From Minisyncoccia bacterium (GTDB taxonomy: Bacteria > Patescibacteriota > Minisyncoccia > Phycocordibacterales > UBA9973), in the NCBI GenBank assembly GCA_965656375.1, contig CBFHKH010000001.1, positions 217,319-281,318 of the forward strand: a stretch of 64,000 bases of DNA, given 5' to 3'. The notes beneath the pieces are model-generated. The model was given only the letters and a program-made list of their open reading frames with translations. It searched no databases and was not told the origin of the DNA. Numbering within the stretch: the stretch's first letter is position 1; each line of letters opens with the position of its first letter. Shown piece by piece: positions 46,487 to 56,770 of the stretch. Both the position numbers and the translations under genes were made by a program.

Positions 46487-47176
46487 TTATAAATTTTCAA
46501 GCTCTCGCATTGTCTCTCGTATGTCAGTGCTGTGGAGCAACAGAGAGCCGACAACAAGACGGCTTGCACCAGCGTCTATAAGCATCGGTGCTGTTGTTTC
46601 ATTTACACTTCCGTCTACACTTATTATAAGCTCTCCATACTGCTTCCGCAATTTTTTTATTTGTTCGAGTACTCGTGGATCAAATGGTTCACCTTGCATT
46701 CCAATATGCTCTATCCCCATACACTGAACAAAATCAATATGCGTAATAAACGGAGTAAGCTCATCACTATTTGTAGTTGTGTTTATCGCAAGACCGATTT
46801 CAATGTTTTCTCGTACATACAGATCGAGTGCTTCTAAAAATTCTTTGAATTCTGTTTTATCCTCTATTGCTTCAATATGAAATACAATTCTTCGAGCACC
46901 AAGTCGACTAAAGAATTCAAAATGTTTGTGGGCATTCTCTACCATGAGGTCAAATTCAAAATCAAGTGAATCCCAAAATGGCAAACCTTCTTCTTCATTC
47001 AAAATTGCTTCTACATCGAGATCATCACTAGAATTCATTGGCCATGTGCGCGTAGGTACAAACACGCCATCGCAAACATCGATTTGAACTGTCCGGGCAA
47101 TTGTGGCAACCTTCGCAAGCGAAAGTTTCAGCTCATTAAAATCATCCACGAGTAGTGCTGGGAGAATCTCAATCAT
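46487..47176 (-). CDS. rpe: ribulose-phosphate 3-epimerase (divergent)
   Basis: ILPALLVDDF, IDVCDGVFVP, FDLMV, VFHIEA, VDGS, GSLL align with Rpe motifs. The longest ORF starts at 47215. Confidence 0.6.
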   Translation of the reverse strand: MIEILPALLVDDFNELKLSLAKVATIARTVQIDVCDGVFVPTRTWPMNSSDDLDVEAILNEEEGLPFWDSLDFEFDLMVENAHKHFEFFSRLGARRIVFHIEAIEDKTEFKEFLEALDLYVRENIEIGLAINTTTNSDELTPFITHIDFVQCMGIEHIGMQGEPFDPRVLEQIKKLRKQYGELIISVDGSVNETTAPMLIDAGASRLVVGSLLLHSTDIRETMRELENL

Positions 47177-47177
47177 A

Positions 47178-47612
47178 TTAAAATTTATTAATTCTTCTGA
47201 TATGTCTAGCATCACCTGAGAATGGAGTTTTAAGAAATGAATCCACCGCTTCTAATACTTTATCGATAGAGACAAAATGAGCTCCGATTGAAAGGATGTT
47301 TGCATTATTATGCTCACGAGCGAGTCCTACTAATTTCTCATTGCCACCATTGTATACGGCAGCTCGCACGCTAGGATATCTATTTGCAACCATTGCCTCG
47401 CCTTCTCCTGAATAACCGAATATAATAGCAAAATCATCTGTGTCCTTTGATACGCCTTCTGCTGCAAGCTTTACGAAATCCGGATAATCATCATCTTCGA
47501 CAAGTATATATGCGCCATGATCTATCACCTCGTAGCCTTTTCCAAGAAGGTGTTCTTTTACGGTATCCTTATAGAGTAATCCCCTATGGTCTGTGGCTAA
47601 ATGAATCTTCAT
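47178..47612 (-). CDS. rpiB: ribose 5-phosphate isomerase B
   Basis: RpiB/LacAB fold: MKIHLATDHRG...GYSGEGEAMVANR...AREHNNANILSIGA. Confidence 0.85.
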   Translation of the reverse strand: MKIHLATDHRGLLYKDTVKEHLLGKGYEVIDHGAYILVEDDDYPDFVKLAAEGVSKDTDDFAIIFGYSGEGEAMVANRYPSVRAAVYNGGNEKLVGLAREHNNANILSIGAHFVSIDKVLEAVDSFLKTPFSGDARHIRRINKF

Positions 47613-47649
47613 ATACTCAGTATAGCACTTAATATGAAGATAGAATATC

Positions 47650-48729
47650 TTACTTAATCGACATTCCAGTTTTTACAACGTGGTCAACGAGCGTATGGGT
47701 GTAGGACATTTCATTGTCATACCATCCGAGAACTTTGACAAGATTACCACCAATAACCCGGGTCATGGCAAGGTCTGCAATCGATGCATGTGATTCACCG
47801 AGGATGTCACTTGATACCAATGGTTCAGTTGTAACCGCAAAAAGATTTTTCCATTTATCGCTTGTCGCAGCTTTTTTAAGTATGTCATTGACTTCATCAG
47901 CTGTTGTTTCTCGTTTTGAGATAAATGTTACATCAACTATTGAACCAGCTGGGACTGGAACGCGAAGTGAAATACCATCAAAAAGACCTTTGAGATCCGG
48001 AAACGCTTCGGTTACCGCAATAGCTGCTCCTGTTGAGCTTGGAACGATGTTTTGTGCTGCTGCACGGCCTTCGCGGAGATCTTTCTTGCTTGGGCCATCT
48101 ACAAGTGCTTGGGATGCTGTATAGCCATGCGTAGTTGAAAGAACAGCTTTCTCGATACCGAGAGCTTCATGGAGAATGCCGATTAGTGGCGATGCTGCAT
48201 TTGTAGTGCATGATGCGTTTGAAGTAATATCACATGTACCGAATTTCTCTTCGTTGATACCAAGGAGTATTGTCTCACCGATAACAGTACCGTCGCCTTC
48301 TTTGGCTGGAGCAGAAATAACAACCTTTTTAGCACCAGCATCAATATGCGCTTTAGCTTTACTGTAATCAGTAAAGAATCCTGTAGATTCAACAACAACA
48401 TCAATGTTCAGGTCCTTCCATGCTAGTAATGCAGGGTCTTTCTCTGCAAGAACGAGAACTTCATGTTCAATATTTCCTTTTGTAATAAAAAGTGAACCAA
48501 CGCATACATCTTTTGCTGGTTTCTCACCTTCCATTCCACGTGCACGAACAAGATGATTCCATGTACGATATACAGTGTCGTACTTTAAAAGATAAGCCAT
48601 ACTCTCAATTGAGCCAAGGTCGTTGATTGCAACAATTTCGATTTCTGGTCGATCCCATGCAATCTTTAGGAATGCTCTTCCAATGCGTCCGAATCCATTA
48701 ATAGCTACTCTGATTTTTTTGTTTTCCAT
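47650..48729 (-). CDS. gap: glyceraldehyde-3-phosphate dehydrogenase
   Basis: NGFGRIGR NAD motif, active-site SNASCTTN. Confidence 0.95.
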   Translation of the reverse strand: MENKKIRVAINGFGRIGRAFLKIAWDRPEIEIVAINDLGSIESMAYLLKYDTVYRTWNHLVRARGMEGEKPAKDVCVGSLFITKGNIEHEVLVLAEKDPALLAWKDLNIDVVVESTGFFTDYSKAKAHIDAGAKKVVISAPAKEGDGTVIGETILLGINEEKFGTCDITSNASCTTNAASPLIGILHEALGIEKAVLSTTHGYTASQALVDGPSKKDLREGRAAAQNIVPSSTGAAIAVTEAFPDLKGLFDGISLRVPVPAGSIVDVTFISKRETTADEVNDILKKAATSDKWKNLFAVTTEPLVSSDILGESHASIADLAMTRVIGGNLVKVLGWYDNEMSYTHTLVDHVVKTGMSIK

Positions 48730-48745
48730 GCAATCAGTATATCAT

Positions 48746-48970
48746 TTACTCACCTATATATTCAAATCGAGGCCCTTTGTAAGTATCTTTTTCAATAGTT
48801 TCTAAGAACATGTTTATAGGTCGAGCCCATAGTTGGTCATGTCCTTCATACGGGTGTGAATAAATAACTAATTCATTCGTGTAATCTTCACTATCTTTAG
48901 CAACGCCTAAAACAGTGACAACTGTCCCTTTAAAATGCTTATACCTGCCGAGTTTCACTTTCTGTTCCAT
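48746..48970 (-). CDS. DUF1653 domain protein
   Basis: GRYKHFKG...VIYSHPYEG resembles the DUF1653 signature. Confidence 0.5.
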   Translation of the reverse strand: MEQKVKLGRYKHFKGTVVTVLGVAKDSEDYTNELVIYSHPYEGHDQLWARPINMFLETIEKDTYKGPRFEYIGE

Positions 48971-48971
48971 T

Positions 48972-50387
48972 TTAGGATAATAATTCCTTTAAGATTTTCT
49001 GCACTAGTGCAGGGTTCGCACTACCGTTAGTTTCTTTCATAATTTGACCAACAAGAGACATGAGTGCGTTTTCTTTGCCGCCTTTGTATGTCGCTACAAC
49101 GGTAGGATTTGCATCAATTACTTTTTGTACTATCTCTGTAAGCGCACCTTCGTCATTTTTCTGAATTAAATCACGCTCGATGGCAATCTCCATCGGAGCC
49201 GTATCCTTTAGAACAATTATTCCGAGAATATCTTTTGCTGCACGTGATGACACAACACCATCAACAACCATGTTTATTAGCTGTGCGAAATTCTTGGGAG
49301 ATGGAAGGGATACTTCAGGGTTTGATTTTTTGAGACCAAGGTAATCTGAGGTAATGTAATTTGAGGCAGTTTTTATTTTCTCTGTACTAATAAGTAATGT
49401 AGCAACGTTTTCAAACCACATACCGAGCGACATATCTGTGACATAGCTCTCAATGTCTTCATCTTTGATGCCGTACTCGCTCTTATACCGAGTTCGCTTT
49501 ATAACCGGTAACTCTGGTAATTCGCTCTTTAGAGTTTCAATATCAAAAGCTTTGGAAAGATATAGTTTTGGTAGATCAGGATCCGGGAAGTATCGATAGT
49601 CATTTGCATTCTCCTTTGAGCGCTGCGAAAATGTCAATTGTTTGCTTTCATCCCACCCACGAGTTTCTTGAACTATTTCGTTTCCTCGCTCAGCATCAAG
49701 AAGTTCTGACATTCGTTTGATCTCATAGAGTGCAGCGCGCTCAACCGAACGAAATGAATTGATGTTTTTGACTTCAACTTTCGTACCAAATACTTCAGGG
49801 TTTTCAGAAATTGAAATATTAAGCTCAACACGCATCTGACCCTTTTCCATATTTGCTTCTGATACACCCAACGTGCGAAGCAAGAGCTGTAATTCACGTC
49901 CAAAATCCCCTGCTTCTTTTGCACTATGAATGACAGGCTCGGTTACAAGTTCCATAAGTGGAACACCAGCACGATTAAAATCAACGAGTGAATAGTTCCC
50001 TCTATCATGTTTATTATTTGCAGTATCTTCTTCGAGGTGCACGCGGGTGATCTTTACACCATTGAGTTCTCCGCCAGAAACGATCGGAAATTTATATTGG
50101 GATATCTGGTATGCCTTCGGTATATCTGGATAAAAATAATTTTTACGATCAAATTCGGTAAAATCTGCAATAGTAGCATTAAGCGCAAGACCAACTTTAA
50201 TAACGCTTTCAACCGCTTTTTTATTTATAACTGGGAGTGTCCCAGGGTGAGCCATACACACAGGACAGATATTTGTATTAGGGTTTTCTTCATCTGGGTT
50301 ATTTGCACAGCCGCAAAACATCTTGGAGTTTGTGTTGAGCTCCGCATGAACCTCGAGACCTATTGTTGTGTAGTATTCTTTTGACAT
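48972..50387 (-). CDS. gatB: aspartyl/glutamyl-tRNA amidotransferase subunit B
   Basis: N-terminal GLEVHAELNTNSKMFCGC. Start at internal Met MSKEYYTT. The longest ORF extends spuriously across the tRNA-Leu region to 50570. Confidence 0.9.
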   Translation of the reverse strand: MSKEYYTTIGLEVHAELNTNSKMFCGCANNPDEENPNTNICPVCMAHPGTLPVINKKAVESVIKVGLALNATIADFTEFDRKNYFYPDIPKAYQISQYKFPIVSGGELNGVKITRVHLEEDTANNKHDRGNYSLVDFNRAGVPLMELVTEPVIHSAKEAGDFGRELQLLLRTLGVSEANMEKGQMRVELNISISENPEVFGTKVEVKNINSFRSVERAALYEIKRMSELLDAERGNEIVQETRGWDESKQLTFSQRSKENANDYRYFPDPDLPKLYLSKAFDIETLKSELPELPVIKRTRYKSEYGIKDEDIESYVTDMSLGMWFENVATLLISTEKIKTASNYITSDYLGLKKSNPEVSLPSPKNFAQLINMVVDGVVSSRAAKDILGIIVLKDTAPMEIAIERDLIQKNDEGALTEIVQKVIDANPTVVATYKGGKENALMSLVGQIMKETNGSANPALVQKILKELLS

Positions 50388-50399
50388 GGTTTTGTGTTT

Positions 50400-50526
50400 T
50401 GTTTGAGGTGAGAGTCTCGGCTTACCGCCGCTGGTATTTTTCACAAAGCAAAGCTTTATTGAAAAATCTTTCGACCCCCACACGCACATAAAGCAGTTTA
50501 TGTGCTCTCGCGCAAGCTTCGCTTGC
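50400..50526 (-). ncRNA. tRNA-trailer structured RNA element, copy E2 (between tRNA-Leu and gatB)
   Basis: Minus-strand sense: H1 GCACATAAA-CTGC-TTTATGTGC, TCGAAAGA, H2 ATTTTTCA-(aTAAAGCTTTGCTTTG)-TGAAAAAT, ACC-GCG-C-GTA tail. Stems covary against E1. Confidence 0.6.
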
Positions 50527-50611
50527 TGGTGCCCGAGGTGGGGGTCGAACCCACATCCCTTGCGAGACACGATTTTAAGTCGTGCGCGTATACCAATTCC
50601 GCCACTCGGGC
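50527..50611 (-). tRNA. tRNA-Leu (anticodon TAA), long variable arm, CCA encoded
   Basis: Acceptor GCCCGAG/CTCGGGC, anticodon stem CACGA/TCGTG with loop CTTAAAA, variable arm, T arm GGGTTCGACCCCCAC, then ACCA. Confidence 0.85.
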
Positions 50612-50682
50612 ATATGTATGCTTACCTACAGAGGTAAATACTCTATGATAATTACATATTTTAAAGACTTTTACAACAAAAT

Positions 50683-51933
50683 TTACGGTTTTGGTAGATA
50701 GAGCATCGGATCTAAGTATGCATTGAGCGCAGCTATCGGTTGAGTGAATATTTTCCCATTGCAGCTTTTACTTGGCACAGTTTGTACTTTTACTCCATCT
50801 GATGCATACACTGCTACGTGCAAATGAGGCCCTGTCGATGATCCTGTGTTGCCAGAAAGAGCAACAGCATCGCCTGCCTCGACTCTTTGTCCTACCGTGG
50901 TAGAGATCACAGAAAGGTGTCCGTATGTACTAGAGAGGCCATTATCGTATTTAATAAACACCCATTTACCAAACGAAGCACCTTTACAAGCAACATCGGT
51001 ATCACCGGTACCCAGAACTACACCTGATGACATGGCCATAACTTTTGTACCAACAGATGCTCTGAAATCTGTACCATAGTGAAATTTACCCCACCTTGAT
51101 CCAAATGGTGAAGTGATTTTTATACTTTCAAGTGGCCACGAAAGCGCTCCGGTACCTTTTGATGGAAGTAGTTTTGGATTGAGGATAAATTTTAGCTCAG
51201 CTTCATATTGTTCCAAGGATTTTTCAAATTCATCTCGCTGCTTTTCTCGAGCGGCAAGAAGTTTTTTGTATTCTGATTCTTTATTTTTTGTTTCTTTTAG
51301 AAGTGTATCTTTTTCTTTCTTTGTGATATCGACTGCTTGCTTCTTTTGCAATAGCGTTTTTTTGAGAGTTGTTAGATTTTGCTGCTCACTCTCTTTCTTC
51401 TCTTTTGAAAGAGTGAGAGCCTTTTCCTTCTCAATCAAATCATTCACATAGGTATGGACCTTTTCATTAACGACCAGCAAGTTATTATATTCTCTACTGG
51501 CATCAGCAAGGTTATCTTGTGATAAAATCTTTTCAAAAAACTCCACTTCATCTCTACGATCAAGATCTCGGAATATCTGTCCTAGTAGTTCCTTGGATTC
51601 ATTGATAGATTTCTGCTCATCACGAATAGCAGTGTCGAGTGTTCCAATAACGAGAGATGTCGCTGTAATCTTTTTGTCAGTTGCCTGTGCTTCTTTTATT
51701 AGCTTATCACGCGTAAGTGTGAGCTCTTTGACATGGTTTGCAAGCGTTAGAGCCTGGCCACTAGTCTCTGTGATTTGAGTTTGGTATTTTGCGATCTCCT
51801 TATCAAGGGCTTGGATCTGACTATTTATATCATTAATCTGGCTTTGTACGCTCTCAGCTGTAGCTCCATAACCAAATTGCGGGAAAAACGTAGAAATCAA
51901 TAAAAATACTAAAAATAAAATAAATCCTCTCAT
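50683..51933 (-). CDS. secreted coiled-coil M23 family peptidase (LytM/EnvC-like, catalytic residues intact)
   Basis: Signal peptide, long coiled coil, C-terminal HYGTDFRA...GPHLHVAVY M23 motifs (HxxxD, HxH). Confidence 0.75.
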   Translation of the reverse strand: MRGFILFLVFLLISTFFPQFGYGATAESVQSQINDINSQIQALDKEIAKYQTQITETSGQALTLANHVKELTLTRDKLIKEAQATDKKITATSLVIGTLDTAIRDEQKSINESKELLGQIFRDLDRRDEVEFFEKILSQDNLADASREYNNLLVVNEKVHTYVNDLIEKEKALTLSKEKKESEQQNLTTLKKTLLQKKQAVDITKKEKDTLLKETKNKESEYKKLLAAREKQRDEFEKSLEQYEAELKFILNPKLLPSKGTGALSWPLESIKITSPFGSRWGKFHYGTDFRASVGTKVMAMSSGVVLGTGDTDVACKGASFGKWVFIKYDNGLSSTYGHLSVISTTVGQRVEAGDAVALSGNTGSSTGPHLHVAVYASDGVKVQTVPSKSCNGKIFTQPIAALNAYLDPMLYLPKP

Positions 51934-51949
51934 GTACGCTTATTATACC

Positions 51950-53431
51950 CTATTCTCGAAGTATTTTAACTGCGTTCTGTAATCGGGCAACTGTTTCTTC
52001 GTATCCAAGTATTTCAGAGAGGACAAAAGGATCTGGAGATTTGTCAGCTCCGGATAATGCATATCTAATCGGCCAAAGGATATCCCCACGACCAATTTCT
52101 TCTGCATACGGCCAGAGCATTTCTTTGATAGTTTCCTTTGTAAATTTATTAGGTTCTATTTGCTCAATAATTGAGATAGCTTTCTCTAGATATGAAGAGA
52201 GTGTGTCGTATTTTTTCCCTTCTTCTATTTTTGATGACTTGAAAAAAAGAGAATCTTTCTCATATTGAGGTCTCGTAAAGAAATATGTAAGCTCTCCAGA
52301 TTCTGCCATGTCTGTTATATCCTTTCCTTTATATATTCGTTCCATAATGATAGGCGTGATATTGTGCACAATAAGGTTTGTATACCCAGGCAAATTTTTA
52401 ATACTTTCTGGCAAGAATGTAACTATATATTCTTCTTGTTCCTCATATGAAAGTAATTTTAGATGTTCGCGATTTATCCAATCAAGTTTCTCAATATTAT
52501 ATCCTCCCCCAGAACGATGAATCCTTGAGAGATCAAATAATTGGACGAATTCTTCCGGCGTGAATATCTCACGATCATCTTCTGGACTCCAACCGATATA
52601 CGCAAGGAAATTTATCATAGCGTTCGGTAAATATCCTTCATCTCTGTATTCAAGTGTATCTTTTGCGCCATCTCGTTTGCCGAGCTTTTTTTTGCCACCT
52701 TCTGCCAATATTGGTGGGAGTGTTGCCATGTGTACCCGCTCTATTCCGAGTGCATCATAGAGAGCGAGAAACTTGGGAGTTGATGCTATGAATTCATCTG
52801 CTCGCATAATATGTGTGACTCCCATCTCTAAATCATCAATGATATGAGCAAAGTTATATGTTGGATAGCCATCGCTCTTCATTAAAATAAAATCATCGAG
52901 CGCCTCTTCACCTGCGGTGAGCTTGCCACGTGCATCGTCATACCATTCTGATTGTTTAATATCAACAATTTTTAAACGAAGTGGCATAGTTCCATCCCAG
53001 ATTGGCGGATTCTGGGGTCTGTGAGTACGATACAAAAATGGGCGCTTTTCTTCTTCAGCTTTTTTACGAAACATATCAAGCTCCGCCTGTGTGTACGGAT
53101 CAGCATATGCGAGCCCCTTCTCTACGAGGATTTGTGCGTATTTCTGATACGATCCGAGTCTTTGTGATTGAATATACGGAGCATGAGGCCCTCCAATATC
53201 TGGACCTTCATCCCAGGTAATACCAAGCCATCGGAGTGTTTCTATAATATGAGAAATTGAGCCCTCTACTTCACGAGCCTTGTCTGTATCTTCAATGCGA
53301 AGAATAAATGTTCCATTATTTTTGCGAGCGTATGCCCAGGCATAGAGAGCAGTACGAACCCCGCCAATATGCATATATCCCGTAGGACTCGGAGCAAAAC
53401 GTGTAACAATTTTTTTTGTATTTGTGTCCAT
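51950..53431 (-). CDS. gltX: glutamyl-tRNA synthetase
   Basis: RFAPSPTGYMHIGGVRTALYAW (HIGH) and KLGKRDG (KMSKS variant). Confidence 0.9.
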   Translation of the reverse strand: MDTNTKKIVTRFAPSPTGYMHIGGVRTALYAWAYARKNNGTFILRIEDTDKAREVEGSISHIIETLRWLGITWDEGPDIGGPHAPYIQSQRLGSYQKYAQILVEKGLAYADPYTQAELDMFRKKAEEEKRPFLYRTHRPQNPPIWDGTMPLRLKIVDIKQSEWYDDARGKLTAGEEALDDFILMKSDGYPTYNFAHIIDDLEMGVTHIMRADEFIASTPKFLALYDALGIERVHMATLPPILAEGGKKKLGKRDGAKDTLEYRDEGYLPNAMINFLAYIGWSPEDDREIFTPEEFVQLFDLSRIHRSGGGYNIEKLDWINREHLKLLSYEEQEEYIVTFLPESIKNLPGYTNLIVHNITPIIMERIYKGKDITDMAESGELTYFFTRPQYEKDSLFFKSSKIEEGKKYDTLSSYLEKAISIIEQIEPNKFTKETIKEMLWPYAEEIGRGDILWPIRYALSGADKSPDPFVLSEILGYEETVARLQNAVKILRE

Positions 53432-53434
53432 ATA

Positions 53435-54562
53435 CTATGATTCGTGGCTAACAGCAATATCAAGCGCAGCACGTGCAATTTTTTCAGCCGCATCAGGCGT
53501 TGCAAATTGAAGGGCACTATTTTTCATCTGTGCTAACTTACTGCTATCATTCATAAGTTTATCAATCTCTGCAACGAGTAGATGCGGGCTCAGGTTACTC
53601 TCCTCGATCACCTCACACGCACCACTTCGAGCATAACTATATGCATTTTTCCTCTGGTGATCACCATTTGAATTTGTAATTGGAATGAGTATTGATGGCA
53701 CACCCCATGAGGCAATTTCAAATATTGATGATCCTGCTCGCGAAATAATAAGTGTCGCTACTCCAGCTGCCATGCGAGTTGCTAAGTTATTGAGATAGGG
53801 CATCGCGCTATAGCGCGCACTGTTAGGATTATTTTCTAAAACGAGTTTAGAACGAGATACGACATCATCATAGAGTCCTGTCCCTGTCTGATGTATGACT
53901 TGATACCGCGTGAGGATGAGCGGCAAGATTTCAATAATCATATCATTTATCTTTTGTGCCCCACTTGATCCACCTACAACGTATATCACTGGTAAATCCG
54001 ACGTAAGTTTAAAGAAGTCATGAGCGCCATTTGAATCGCCATGAAGAATCGCTTTTCGAATCGGCTGACCAGAGAGCGCTGTTTTATCTTTTGGAAGAAA
54101 AGCAGCAGCTTCAGGCCACGAGACCGCCACACGTTTTGCAAATTTAGCAGTCCAAAGATTAAGTCTTCCCGGACTTGAATCTGATTCATGAACGATAACA
54201 GGAATTCGTAGTAGTCGAGCAGCAAAGACTGCAGGAAAAGCTGCGTATCCTCCTTTTGAAATTACAACATCTGGGTAGATAAAAAACACAGTGAGTAATC
54301 CAAAGAAGGCTCCGATTGCTGTCGTGAACATATCAAAAAAATTTCTTAGAGATCTGTATGTGCGCAGTTTTCCAGAAGGAATCTGTACATACGTAATGCT
54401 ATTTTCAAAAAGCATACGTTTATCGTATGGACTATCTGACATGTAGTAGAGCTTAAGGCTGATTATCTTTTGTTCCCGAGCACATTCATTCAATTTCTCT
54501 GCAATTGCAATGAGTGGATAGAAATGTCCACCGGTACCGCCTCCTGTTAGCATGATCTTCAT
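53435..54562 (-). CDS. murG: UDP-N-acetylglucosamine-N-acetylmuramyl-(pentapeptide) pyrophosphoryl-undecaprenol GlcNAc transferase
   Basis: MKIMLTGGGTGGHFYP N-terminus, GT28 C-terminal domain. Confidence 0.9.
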   Translation of the reverse strand: MKIMLTGGGTGGHFYPLIAIAEKLNECAREQKIISLKLYYMSDSPYDKRMLFENSITYVQIPSGKLRTYRSLRNFFDMFTTAIGAFFGLLTVFFIYPDVVISKGGYAAFPAVFAARLLRIPVIVHESDSSPGRLNLWTAKFAKRVAVSWPEAAAFLPKDKTALSGQPIRKAILHGDSNGAHDFFKLTSDLPVIYVVGGSSGAQKINDMIIEILPLILTRYQVIHQTGTGLYDDVVSRSKLVLENNPNSARYSAMPYLNNLATRMAAGVATLIISRAGSSIFEIASWGVPSILIPITNSNGDHQRKNAYSYARSGACEVIEESNLSPHLLVAEIDKLMNDSSKLAQMKNSALQFATPDAAEKIARAALDIAVSHES

Positions 54563-54587
54563 ATCTCGTATTGTAGCCTATTTCCTA

Positions 54588-55721
54588 TTACTTTTCTAGC
54601 CTTCCCACTGATGTATCCGATTTTGATTTGGCCTGCGAGCGCGAGATGTTGAGCACAATACCCATTGTTCCAAGCGAAAGAAGTAAAGCGGTACCTCCGT
54701 GGCTTATAAAAACAAGAGGTACTCCAGTAAGTGGAAAAACTCCAATAATTGACGCCATATTCATGAATGACTGCGCGGTTATCATTGTAATAGTACCGAT
54801 AACGAATAATTTAGAAAAGGAATCAGGCGCATGGTATCCGATACGATATCCCCGTAAAGTAAACGCGATAAATAGACAAATGAGGAGTACCGCACCTATA
54901 AACCCGAGTTCCTCTCCTACTACAGCAAAAATTGAATCGCCTTGCGGTTCGGGCAAATAATTGAACTTTTGAATGCTTTGTCCGAGACCTCTTCCAAATG
55001 TTCCACCTGAACCTATCGCAATAAGCGACTGTTGGAGCTGATATGATGAGCCAGTTGAATCACGGCTCGGATGTAGGAATGTTGTGACTCGATCCATGAG
55101 ATACGGCTTAAAAAATGCAAGGACGATAAATGCAAGGATGCTCACTCCTAGCATACCAAGAATATATTTCCACGGAGTGCCTGAAACAAATAGCATAACA
55201 AGAGCAGATACAGTAATGAGTATCAAACTCTTCGTATCTGGCTGCTTTAAAAGAACAATTGCGATTATTCCAAGGAGAACTGAGAGCGGGAGTAAACTGA
55301 AGCGAATGTCACGTATTCTACCCTTTGCCCACGACAGCCACGCAGCAAAATATATCAAGAATCCAATTTTTAGAAACTCTACTGGCTGGAACGACACTCC
55401 GAAAATATTAATCCACCGACGTGCTCCTCCATGACTCGAGCCGAGCTGAGGAACAAATACAAGAAGTGTTAACCCTATCGAAACTATAAAAAGAGGTAAA
55501 GAATACTGCCTCCAAAATTTGTACGGAATGCGAAGTCCAAAGTAGAGTGCGACAAAACCTCCACAAAGTCCAAAGACGAATTGATTGAATATGACTCCAT
55601 AAAATTTTGATTCATTACGTGCCAGAATTCCCAAAGAAGCTGAAGTAAACATAATAACGCCTACCAAGACAAGTGCGATTATAATTCCAAAGAAAATTTT
55701 ATCTATTCCCTTCTTTTTCAT
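54588..55721 (-). CDS. ftsW: SEDS family peptidoglycan polymerase/lipid II flippase FtsW/RodA
   Basis: About 10 TM helices and the SEDS family signature. Start at an internal Met overlapping the mraY stop (TAATG). The longest ORF starts at 55778. Confidence 0.8.
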   Translation of the reverse strand: MKKKGIDKIFFGIIIALVLVGVIMFTSASLGILARNESKFYGVIFNQFVFGLCGGFVALYFGLRIPYKFWRQYSLPLFIVSIGLTLLVFVPQLGSSHGGARRWINIFGVSFQPVEFLKIGFLIYFAAWLSWAKGRIRDIRFSLLPLSVLLGIIAIVLLKQPDTKSLILITVSALVMLFVSGTPWKYILGMLGVSILAFIVLAFFKPYLMDRVTTFLHPSRDSTGSSYQLQQSLIAIGSGGTFGRGLGQSIQKFNYLPEPQGDSIFAVVGEELGFIGAVLLICLFIAFTLRGYRIGYHAPDSFSKLFVIGTITMITAQSFMNMASIIGVFPLTGVPLVFISHGGTALLLSLGTMGIVLNISRSQAKSKSDTSVGRLEK

Positions 55722-56770
55722 TAGTCGATAAGCGAAATTACAACACCAATAATTGCCGTTATGATTCCTACTACCCAATACCGCATTGTGACTTTGTATT
55801 TTGGCCAGCCACGAGCTTCAAAATGGTGATGAAGTGGTGCAAAAAGAAATACTTTTTTCCCATTCCGCAATCTCCGTGAGGCCATCTGAATAATGGTTGA
55901 AAGTGCAGTAATAAAAAGTGGAAATGCTATTATTGGTAACAATAAGACTGTATTGGTAAGAAATGCGACTACAGAAAGTGTAACAGTGAGTCCTATCATT
56001 CCAGTTTCGCCCATATAAAAGCGAGCTGGCGGAATATTGAACCACAAAAATGCAAGTACACCGCCAGTAATTACCGCACAAAATGCAGCGAGATCTATCT
56101 GATTGTTGAAAAATGCGATGAGTGTATATGCGCCAAAGATCGAAGAAAGAACGCCTCCAGATAGTCCATCAAGCCCATCAATAACGCTCGATGACCATAC
56201 TCCAAGCATGATAAGAATAAAAAATGGAATGAATACATATCCGAGTGATATAAACCCAAACCAGGGTATATAGAGTTCTGATATCCCAAGCTTTGCATAG
56301 AACCACCATCCAATAATAAGACCGAGGATAAGAATGATGCATATTTTAATATAACGCAATCGTATTGGATCAGTAGTCCATTTACCACGACCCCAAATCT
56401 GGAGAAAATCATCAGCAAGACCGATGAGAGATGCCATAAGGAGCGTAAATAGCGGAAGCACCGTTTGATTACGACTAATAAAATAAAGTTTTGTTGTCAG
56501 CGTATTGTGGAAAAATGCGTCAATAAAACCAAAAATAAATATAGCTATGATTACCGACACCCATACAATCATTCCTCCTGTGCGAGGAGTAGCGATCTCT
56601 GATATTCCATCATGAATTGTTTGAAATGATCCTTTTGGAACATTATCATTACGAGATGTTCTTCTCCACATCTTATATTTATAGAAATAATGAGTTGCTA
56701 CAGGAGTAAGCAGTATACCGATCAAAAACGTACCTATTGCAGGCAAAAAAATCTTAAGAGAATTAGTCAT
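55721..56770 (-). CDS. mraY: phospho-N-acetylmuramoyl-pentapeptide transferase
   Basis: GLADDFLQI (DD) and PLHHHFE signature. Confidence 0.9.
   Translation of the reverse strand: MTNSLKIFLPAIGTFLIGILLTPVATHYFYKYKMWRRTSRNDNVPKGSFQTIHDGISEIATPRTGGMIVWVSVIIAIFIFGFIDAFFHNTLTTKLYFISRNQTVLPLFTLLMASLIGLADDFLQIWGRGKWTTDPIRLRYIKICIILILGLIIGWWFYAKLGISELYIPWFGFISLGYVFIPFFILIMLGVWSSSVIDGLDGLSGGVLSSIFGAYTLIAFFNNQIDLAAFCAVITGGVLAFLWFNIPPARFYMGETGMIGLTVTLSVVAFLTNTVLLLPIIAFPLFITALSTIIQMASRRLRNGKKVFLFAPLHHHFEARGWPKYKVTMRYWVVGIITAIIGVVISLID

Noticed and set aside
48972-50570. Full-length ORF-track gatB (532 aa) extending upstream across tRNA-Leu
   Set aside because: The first 61 codons overlap the E2 element and run into the tRNA-Leu gene. 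The homology-supported start is MSKEYYTTIGLEVH at 50387.
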